Positions 54,802 to 62,068 of a stretch of DNA of 64,000 nucleotides are shown here, one piece after another (positions within the stretch are counted from its first letter, which is position 1; the number at the start of each line of letters is the position of its first letter). Source of the DNA: an uncultured Actinomycetes bacterium (GTDB lineage: Bacteria; Actinomycetota; Thermoleophilia; RBG-16-64-13); the NCBI GenBank assembly GCA_963841735.1, contig CAWJDT010000005.1:190944-254943 (forward strand), written 5' to 3'. The position numbers were made by a program, and so were the translations under genes. The notes under the pieces are model-generated. The model searched no databases, was not told where the DNA came from, and saw nothing but the letters and a program-made list of their open reading frames with translations.

Positions 54802-56004
54802 TCACCGGGAGGCGCGGAATCCAAAGGCTGTGTTGGTGCTGCCTGGCACACTGCCCAAATCAAGGTTAAGCACGCCCGCTTGGCCGCCATCGCTCCAACG
54901 GCCGCCACGCCGAAAACCACGTAATGATGCGTCGCTAACTGAGCTATACAGCTGGCCAACACCTTGGCTAGAGTTCCAAGTGTCTGAACCAGACAAGCCG
55001 ATACTTCTAGGGAGAGGATTTGCCGGCAAGGAGCCCGGCTCTGTCACGGCGGTCCATTGCTTCCAGGCGAAGGCGCCTTCTCCAGTAATGCCCGGCTGGC
55101 CGCCGGTCGTCTGGCCAGCTGTCCATTCCGAGACATTACCTGCAAAGTCCCAGATTACTTCTCCGTTCGTGAGAGTGAGCGTACGGCTCTGGTTGCCGCT
55201 AGCGCTTCCAGTGCCGTAGTAGCCGTTAGAGTCGTTTGAATCGGCTGCCAGGGCGTTTGTCGGATCATTGTCATTGTGTCCCGAGTAGATATAGCCGGAG
55301 CCGACGCTCCCGCCGCTCCAGTTGCTGGCGACGGCCAAGACGTTCTGGGCGACTGTCATCCATTCGGCTTCGGTAATCAGGTGGCAGCCGTCGCAACCGA
55401 CAACATTGGAGCTGTAAGCAGCGGCATTGGTCTGGTTGATGCTGACCCAGGGTGCGCCGGAGGCTTGTGAAACGGGGACGGTGCCTCCGGCGTTCTTGGC
55501 TTCATACTTCATGAGGCAGAAGTCATTGGTGCCGTACGTGCCACTGCCAGGAACCGGTATGAAACCGGAAGGACAGGCCGAGCCAACCGATGAGCCGCTG
55601 CCGGTGGTGGCTATGGCCGGGGCGGTCATGTCGGTAACGGAGTAGCTGGCAGTGCCGTTGGTACTGGTCAAGTGGAAGGTCTTGCCGGCTATCTGGCTGT
55701 AGACCAGCGTGTTGCCCAAGCTGGTCTTCAGGCAGTAGTTGGCATCTACAGTGGGCGCGGTTGGGCAGTTGCTGCCGTCCAGCGACGTGGGGTAGGAACC
55801 ATAGAGCGTGTTGTAGTTCTTGAGCAGGGTTGAGGCATTGGCCAGGTCAGACTGCAGAGAGCTGACCTTGGCCCTATTGGATATACCTGAATAGGAAACG
55901 ATGGTTATGGCGGCCAGGATGCCGATGACGACAATGACAACCAGAAGCTCGACGATGGTGAAAGCAGGACGTCTGGTTGGAAACAGCTTATCTATAATAC
56001 GCAT
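54802..56004 (-). CDS. prepilin-type N-terminal methylation/cleavage motif protein with C-terminal FGE-sulfatase (SUMF1/DUF323)-like domain
   Basis: N-terminus RRPAFTIVELLVVIVVIGILAAI is a class-III signal / pseudopilin helix. C-terminus ...LRGFRRGGRWSDGG...TAFGFRASR resembles the FGE-sulfatase domain end (RGGSW...GFRcar). GC ~50%. Confidence 0.55.
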   Translation of the reverse strand: MRIIDKLFPTRRPAFTIVELLVVIVVIGILAAITIVSYSGISNRAKVSSLQSDLANASTLLKNYNTLYGSYPTSLDGSNCPTAPTVDANYCLKTSLGNTLVYSQIAGKTFHLTSTNGTASYSVTDMTAPAIATTGSGSSVGSACPSGFIPVPGSGTYGTNDFCLMKYEAKNAGGTVPVSQASGAPWVSINQTNAAAYSSNVVGCDGCHLITEAEWMTVAQNVLAVASNWSGGSVGSGYIYSGHNDNDPTNALAADSNDSNGYYGTGSASGNQSRTLTLTNGEVIWDFAGNVSEWTAGQTTGGQPGITGEGAFAWKQWTAVTEPGSLPANPLPRSIGLSGSDTWNSSQGVGQLYSSVSDASLRGFRRGGRWSDGGQAGVLNLDLGSVPGSTNTAFGFRASR

Positions 56005-56122
56005 CTATGAATAGAGTTTATGCTTAAGCTGCATTGAGAGCAATACTTCGCCTGTTATGGTTGTGGATAAGTCAGCCGTATAGCTAGACTGGGCGAGCCT
56101 GCACGGCGTCTATAATGAAGGC

Positions 56123-57370
56123 ATGACAGACAATCAAAACAACCCTCCCTACCAGTCGGCCCTCGATATTCCATCGATTGCGAAAATGGCCGACGAGCTG
56201 CAGACTGCCGGAAGGCTGACGCGTGTGTTCGGGCGAAAGCATCGCGCGGAGATCTTGAAGATCGAGGCCCAGCTGCATCGGCTCGTTGGGATCGTCGATC
56301 GCTTCTATGCCCTGTTGGGGCCTCGTCACTGGATCTTTCACGACCGGTTGAATGTCGAACAAATCGCGGACCTACTCGACCTGCCGGTGGACGAGGCCGA
56401 GCGCAGACTAATTGAGCTGTACATGGAGCCCGAATCTCTCCGATTCGCGATTCTCGGACTGAACCATTTCCCAGCCATGCGATTACGCATGCATCTGTTG
56501 GAACGAGCCGAGAAGGATTACCACGAGAAGCGCTACTACTCGACCGTCCTCGTGCTGCTGGCCGTCATGGATGGATTCGTGAACGATTTCGAGAACCAGC
56601 ATCGAGGTCTGCACACGCGGTCCGAGGAGGAAATGAGCGCATGGGATAGTGTCGTCGGGCATCACCTCGGCCTAACGAATGCTCACAGGACCTTCACGAA
56701 GAGCACATCAAAGACGAGCGATGAAGAGGTCTTCGATCTCTATCGGAATGGCATCGTCCACGGCACTATCGTGAACTTCGACAATGACGTCGTGGCAACC
56801 AAGGCGTGGAACCGGCTTTTTGCCGTCTGTGACTGGGCAACTAGCGAGGAACGCCGCCGAGTCGAGCCCGAAGCAGAGCCGACTTGGCGAGAGCTATTTG
56901 CACAGATGGCCGAGAACCAGAAAGCCAGAAAAGCGCTAGATGAGTGGAAGCCGTCGGTGCTGGAGGCTGGAGCGCCCGGACTGGAATCCAACGAGGTCTT
57001 TGTTAGGGCGAATGAGTACCTCTCCCTCTGGAAGCGGGGCAACTACGGCCGCATGGCTCCGTTCCTGTCCAAGCTCGTCGCGGAAGACTCGGACAAAGCC
57101 ACTGCCGGGATGATTCGCACGGAGTACAGCACCTTCCCGCTGACGGCGTTCACCATCACTGCAGTCAGGCATGACGTGCCGGCAATCTGTGAGGTCGAAG
57201 CGGAGCTGGAGTTCGGTCCTGAGCGCAAGAGTGCGCGCATGCAGTGGAACCGAGAGGGCGACGACTGGGTGCCGGTATCACCAAACCAGCCAGGTGAGTG
57301 GCGACTGGTGCGTTGGGGTCCTCTCGCCATGATGCAGCCCGAACCAGCTGGCGAGGACGAGACGAGCTAG
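56123..57370 (+). CDS. hypothetical protein (415 aa), the only plus-strand gene in the island
   Basis: Clean ORF with moderate GC and no recognisable motifs. Its stop overlaps the convergent OLD-family gene by 4 nt. Confidence 0.45.
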   Translation: MTDNQNNPPYQSALDIPSIAKMADELQTAGRLTRVFGRKHRAEILKIEAQLHRLVGIVDRFYALLGPRHWIFHDRLNVEQIADLLDLPVDEAERRLIELYMEPESLRFAILGLNHFPAMRLRMHLLERAEKDYHEKRYYSTVLVLLAVMDGFVNDFENQHRGLHTRSEEEMSAWDSVVGHHLGLTNAHRTFTKSTSKTSDEEVFDLYRNGIVHGTIVNFDNDVVATKAWNRLFAVCDWATSEERRRVEPEAEPTWRELFAQMAENQKARKALDEWKPSVLEAGAPGLESNEVFVRANEYLSLWKRGNYGRMAPFLSKLVAEDSDKATAGMIRTEYSTFPLTAFTITAVRHDVPAICEVEAELEFGPERKSARMQWNREGDDWVPVSPNQPGEWRLVRWGPLAMMQPEPAGEDETS

Positions 57371-59256
57371 TCCAATACTCTGACGTGCTCCAGCGTGATT
57401 GACAGACAGTCGGGTATCTTGCCACCGGCAAGCAAGCAGGCATCGTGGTATGTCCAAGCATCCTTGCCAGCGAATCCAAGCCCTTGTGATACGAGTTCGT
57501 CCCTAGCCGCAACCCACTCCGGCCAGGAATCGTGAACTAGCGCCTCCAAGGTCGGCTCATTGAAGAATAGACGATCGGCCACCTTCCCTGAGGGCCAGTC
57601 GATTTCGCTGCAGCCGAAGAACTTCAGCAGTTTGCGGTTCCAGGACTTGGTGTTTTCTATACTCGACTCCAGGTCTTTTTCGCGCTTGGAGTCAGCTGCG
57701 GCCTTTGCTTCAGCCAGCTTATCCTCAAGTTGTCGATCGTTGTCCACGACAACTACTGCGGGTACTCCCAGCCGCTCCAAGATTACGAATGGCAGGAGCA
57801 CGCCCGTCTTACCTCCGCATTCTGCGACGCACACTCCGTTGCTGACCAAGCTCTGCACTAGCTCCGAAGCACCATTGAACATGCCTCTGTCCGTCGAGCC
57901 CTCTACAAGAAGAACCCTATCAGCGAACAGCGCCTCGGCTAGAGAGCCCATGCACACGCCATCGAGCTGGCGCTTGACGCTTGGTTCATCCACGTAGCAA
58001 TCTAGGCGCGCTAGCACCTTGTCCACGGAAGATCCCGAAACTGACACCGCGCCTTGACTGCCGCCGCCTGAACGGCTGACCCGCCTGATCTGATGAAAGG
58101 CCCGGGGTTCTATGAAATATGGGCTATGAGTTGCGTATGCGACTTGCACGCCCTGGTCAGGGTTCTTCGCTAGATCACGCAGGACCGACGCAAAGTTGCG
58201 AGCCTGCAGGGGATGCTGAAAGAGTTCGGGCTCCTCAATTGCGAGGCAGATCGTGCCTTGCTCTCCCTTGCCCTTTCCGCGCTCAGCCAGCAGCTGAAGA
58301 GCTGAGATCAACAGGGCGCGCTGGAAACCGTGTCCCTGTCTTTCCACGGTTGTCTCAGTGTCGTCGTCCATGATCTTGACTTTGAACTGCGCCTTTTGCT
58401 GCGGAATTGCTAGGTCCTGCGCGCTGACCTGAACTTCGCGCCCTGAAGTGAAGGCGGACACGGCCGAGGTCATCCTCTCGGAAAGCTCCTTGAGCTGCTC
58501 TCCAAAATGCTTACCGTGGATGTCTGCCTGCTCAGCAGCCACCTTAGCCATCAACTCGGCAAGGTCGGCGTCCGCGCCAGACCGATCGACCGCTTGTTCG
58601 AGGACGCGGCCGATTATGGCATTTCGGTTGTCTTGTGCTTGTTCGCTCGCGCGCAGGTCGGCGGTTACAAAGACGTAGTCGAAAAGACCCGTCATTACAA
58701 ATTGGCCGTTGAAACCGAACAGGTGAGTGGTCGATGAGATATCAACATCTTCTAGCTTATCGGGGTTGTCTGCTTCCCACTGATCCAGCGCGGTCAGCCG
58801 CCCGGCATCGTTCCGAACCGATGGAAGCCCGAGGTCGGGGCGAGCAACTCTTAACTCGTCATATCGCTCCCCACGTTCGGTTGCGTTAATCCCCTCACGA
58901 ACACTCGCGAACTCCGGCCGGGCTCTGCCCTTTCCATAGAGCTTATCTTTGCCGTCTTGCCAATGCTTCCAGAGGGTTACAGCGTCTCTCCCTGGTACGG
59001 CATAGCGACCTAGTGCTTCCCGATCCTTGTCTGTCAACCCAGCGAACTCGACTGACACTTCAATTTGCTTTTCTTCCGCTCCCGAGAAGACATCGTCCTC
59101 GGTAATAGTGCCGCCATTGAAGAACCAATCAAGAGCTCGCAGAATGGTAGATTTCCCGACTCCATTCGGCCCGATGAAAGTCGTTACATCGTCGAAGTCG
59201 ACAGCGACGTCGTCTAGGCAGCGGAAACCGACGATGTGAACCTTCTTGATTCGCAT
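57367..59256 (-). CDS. OLD-family ATP-dependent endonuclease (N-terminal ABC-type ATPase + C-terminal Toprim), class-1 single-gene type
   Basis: MRIKKVHIVGFRCLDDVAVDFDDVTTFIGPNGVGKSTILRALDWFFNG is the characteristic AAA_15/OLD N-terminus with Walker A. C-terminal Toprim with VLLVEGSTD and VVVVDNDRQ. Confidence 0.8.
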   Translation of the reverse strand: MRIKKVHIVGFRCLDDVAVDFDDVTTFIGPNGVGKSTILRALDWFFNGGTITEDDVFSGAEEKQIEVSVEFAGLTDKDREALGRYAVPGRDAVTLWKHWQDGKDKLYGKGRARPEFASVREGINATERGERYDELRVARPDLGLPSVRNDAGRLTALDQWEADNPDKLEDVDISSTTHLFGFNGQFVMTGLFDYVFVTADLRASEQAQDNRNAIIGRVLEQAVDRSGADADLAELMAKVAAEQADIHGKHFGEQLKELSERMTSAVSAFTSGREVQVSAQDLAIPQQKAQFKVKIMDDDTETTVERQGHGFQRALLISALQLLAERGKGKGEQGTICLAIEEPELFQHPLQARNFASVLRDLAKNPDQGVQVAYATHSPYFIEPRAFHQIRRVSRSGGGSQGAVSVSGSSVDKVLARLDCYVDEPSVKRQLDGVCMGSLAEALFADRVLLVEGSTDRGMFNGASELVQSLVSNGVCVAECGGKTGVLLPFVILERLGVPAVVVVDNDRQLEDKLAEAKAAADSKREKDLESSIENTKSWNRKLLKFFGCSEIDWPSGKVADRLFFNEPTLEALVHDSWPEWVAARDELVSQGLGFAGKDAWTYHDACLLAGGKIPDCLSITLEHVRVLD

Positions 59257-59421
59257 ACATGTCTCCCTTCAGCTACCCGTGTTCTGCTCCCGTTGGCCGT
59301 TCGGCTTAGCCAAGTGCTACGTTTCGTCATCATCTGCGACCCATTATATGAGCACGAACGTTTGTTCGCAATCGCATGGACTCGGTGCGGGCTCCAATGC
59401 GTGCCGACAGCTTCAGGTTGT

Positions 59422-60303
59422 TCACCGTTTTGGAAACAGCCCGCCAAAGAGGAGTCCGAGATACAAGAACGCCATGTCCTCATCGTCGTCCCTGTACGCG
59501 TCAAGAGCCTTCCTGGCCCTGCCCGCCGCCGTCTTGAGCTTCGACAGAGCCTCTGAATGCTTGGCTTCACTTGAACAGGGGTGGATTCTTCCGCAGGCAC
59601 CCTTGGGGTCGTTCATGGCAGCGAGTTCATGGCCTTCGAGACTCTCAAGGATCAGGCACAGGTCAAAGACGTGGATATAGAGAGACTGCTTCGCTACGTG
59701 CTGCGCAGCGCGCATCTCCAGATAGAACGAGGAAATCGGGACGTTTAAGTAGTACTTCCACGCTTTAAGCAGTCGCGCGAGACCCTTTGCATCGCCCTTG
59801 TGCGGCTTTTCATTACATTCATTCACGTAGGCAAGGTGCTCATAAGGCGCGGAATCAATCCAGCCGCTTCCAACGCTGGGGCCTGGGATGTCGTACACCA
59901 ACTGACCGGGGCCACCTCTACCCGTGAGGAAGGCGGGGATGACTTCCCACGTCTCAGCTCCTCCAGCGAATCTCACAGCTACCGCCGGTCGGCGAATCGT
60001 GACCTCGGTCGAGGGGAATCTCTTCGAAAGCGCATCCTTCACCCACTCAAGAGCTGTGTACGACGATTCCGGCTTCGAGTCCTTCAGCCGCACCACGGCA
60101 TCGACATCGCTATAGAACCGAATGCCTGTTCCGTGCGAGAAGGAGCCAGTCTCGAAGAAGTTGGCGACGCTTAGATTGTCTTCAAGAGCGGCCTTGACCG
60201 ATGCACGGTGGGATGCGGCAGCGCTGCGCTCCGTTGCCGTAGGAGTCAGCCCGGATAGGAAGTCTTCAAAAGCCTGGCTCACAGTCCGCGCCATACGATT
60301 CAC
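59422..60303 (-). CDS. CD-NTase / SMODS-like nucleotidyltransferase (copy A)
   Basis: Motifs TGSFSHGTGIRFYSDVDAVV (GS...[DE]h[DE] pol-beta-type NTase core) and later WIDSAPYEH; N-terminal helix MARTVSQAFEDFLSGL typical of SMODS/CD-NTase proteins. ~290 aa. Confidence 0.6.
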   Translation of the reverse strand: MNRMARTVSQAFEDFLSGLTPTATERSAAASHRASVKAALEDNLSVANFFETGSFSHGTGIRFYSDVDAVVRLKDSKPESSYTALEWVKDALSKRFPSTEVTIRRPAVAVRFAGGAETWEVIPAFLTGRGGPGQLVYDIPGPSVGSGWIDSAPYEHLAYVNECNEKPHKGDAKGLARLLKAWKYYLNVPISSFYLEMRAAQHVAKQSLYIHVFDLCLILESLEGHELAAMNDPKGACGRIHPCSSEAKHSEALSKLKTAAGRARKALDAYRDDDEDMAFLYLGLLFGGLFPKR

Positions 60304-61182
60304 CTATCCATATGCTGGAAAATCATCGCCAAGTATGATTCCCCATAGCCTTATGGCTTCTTCATGATCTCCGTCTCGCTGCGCCTCGATTGCATCTGAG
60401 GCCCGGCCGTGAGTTGAAGAAAAAGACTGCTTCAGGTCTGATTCTTGGAGGGGAGTGAGGCTCGCCCCAAGATCGCCGCCATAGCCGTCCGGGTCCTGAA
60501 CGTGGATGTAGCCCCCGGCCCATTCGAAGAACTTCTGAAGTCCTATCGCATGGTTACTACTCATGGTTGAAAACGCAGCCCCGACCATTGCCTCAAGGTG
60601 CCATGAGCCGAGCCGCTTGCTGTGTTCGTTGTTCCATCGCTTAAGAATTCGCACCCGTCGTCTGAACTGGCCAGACAAGGCCGTATCGCGGTCCTGAGCC
60701 CACTGCTCCTGCTTTGGCGGGTCCGTCTTTATCCAGGAACCGTCACCAGCCGGCAGGAAATAGCCTCCACTATTCACGCCGAAGACCGGCGCGATATCGA
60801 CGTGTAATCCGTCTTTGTAGAAGAGCCTGACTGCTTGGCCTCGTGCTCCAACTTGTTGCACTTCAGTGCGGGCGTCTATCCTGCGTGTAACCCAGTAAAG
60901 GAAGCTTTGAGAGTCGTGCCGGTACTTCTCGAAGACCTGATTCTTGTTAGTAAAGACAGCCAGAACGTCTATGTCATCGAGCGGACGAATCATCGTTCCT
61001 CGTGCCCCGGACCCCATCAACCGACTGGTCTTGAGTGGTACGTCGCAGTCAGCGGGGAATGACTCATCCAGCAGTTCCTTGACCCGAGCCGCTCGACTGA
61101 CCATCGTCACTCGCTGCGCCTCGGTCAAGACGATCGCAGCTGCGAATTCCTTGAAGGCTTGCTCAACCGTCCTGGCCATCGC
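60304..61182 (-). CDS. CD-NTase / SMODS-like nucleotidyltransferase (copy B, paralog)
   Basis: MARTVEQAFKEFAAAI...MGSGARGTMIRPLDDIDVLAVF; same architecture as copy A. Start at MARTV (61182), 20-nt overlap with the upstream 4TM gene. The stop abuts the start of copy A. Confidence 0.6.
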   Translation of the reverse strand, partial: AMARTVEQAFKEFAAAIVLTEAQRVTMVSRAARVKELLDESFPADCDVPLKTSRLMGSGARGTMIRPLDDIDVLAVFTNKNQVFEKYRHDSQSFLYWVTRRIDARTEVQQVGARGQAVRLFYKDGLHVDIAPVFGVNSGGYFLPAGDGSWIKTDPPKQEQWAQDRDTALSGQFRRRVRILKRWNNEHSKRLGSWHLEAMVGAAFSTMSSNHAIGLQKFFEWAGGYIHVQDPDGYGGDLGASLTPLQESDLKQSFSSTHGRASDAIEAQRDGDHEEAIRLWGIILGDDFPAYG

Positions 61183-62068
61183 TTGCCCCCGGCCCGATGT
61201 TTCTCGCCGCATACTGCATGTCTTCTTCGAAAGAAGGAACAAGTGCCTTGTAGAACCATTCTGGAACTAGCGGAGCAATCTTGCGCAGCCGGAATATTCC
61301 GTCCTGCAGCTCCCTCAACGGTTGCACCTCGCCAGGGAGGTGGGAGAGAAGGCTATCAACCTCATCCTCCAACAACTGGCGACTACCAGCAGCCTGAAAA
61401 TGCTCGCGCGCTAGTTCGCAAGCGTCCAGCAACGCTGGCAGCGAGGGCAACGCGATGGTTGTAAGGTAAGCCGCCAGGGTCGCGTTGCCAGTCAAAGCAA
61501 GTGCAACACCGGCTAAGAACCAGAGCACCGCCGCGCCTGCCAGCACCCACGCGTAGGCGTAGTGCTGTCTGCGAGCCCATACTGCATTGGATCTCAGGCA
61601 GATGAGGACCGAATCGGGCCAAGCGTGCGCTGCCTGCGTTGGATACCAATCGCGTACGGAGGCAAAGGGCGCCTCTCCCTTGCTCGCGTTCCGTATCTCC
61701 TCTGCGGGAATTGGCTTGCCAAGGACTGGGTTCCATGGCAACCCGAGGACATCGCAGTCGAACATCTCTTGCGCGAGCGCGCCTTTGATCCGACATCGGT
61801 CACGCCATGGACTAATCAGAACCCGGGAGACGAAGATCCAAACTCCGGCGAGGGCTCCGAGAAGCGGCCCGTAGGTCGGAGCGATAAAGAAGATCAACGG
61901 CGCGACTAGCGCAAGCAAGAGTGCCACTGAACGTCCCGCAAGTTGCATCCGTTTTGCTCGTCCGTAGTAGCAGCCCGCCGCAGTTTGGCGACGGAGGTTA
62001 GCTTCGCTCCTCTGTCTGCATCCGATGTCGGCCATGGTCGGACGACGTTCCACAAAACGATGAGTCAT
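61163..62068 (-). CDS. four-transmembrane-helix protein (S-4TM-like; candidate membrane effector)
   Basis: TM1 SVALLLALVAPLIFFIAP, TM2 GPLLGALAGVWIFVSRVLI, TM3 YAWVLAGAAVLWFLAGVALAL, TM4 TLAAYLTTIALPSLPALL. Its ATG overlaps the methyltransferase TGA (ATGA). Confidence 0.55.
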   Translation of the reverse strand: MTHRFVERRPTMADIGCRQRSEANLRRQTAAGCYYGRAKRMQLAGRSVALLLALVAPLIFFIAPTYGPLLGALAGVWIFVSRVLISPWRDRCRIKGALAQEMFDCDVLGLPWNPVLGKPIPAEEIRNASKGEAPFASVRDWYPTQAAHAWPDSVLICLRSNAVWARRQHYAYAWVLAGAAVLWFLAGVALALTGNATLAAYLTTIALPSLPALLDACELAREHFQAAGSRQLLEDEVDSLLSHLPGEVQPLRELQDGIFRLRKIAPLVPEWFYKALVPSFEEDMQYAARNIGPGASDGQDG

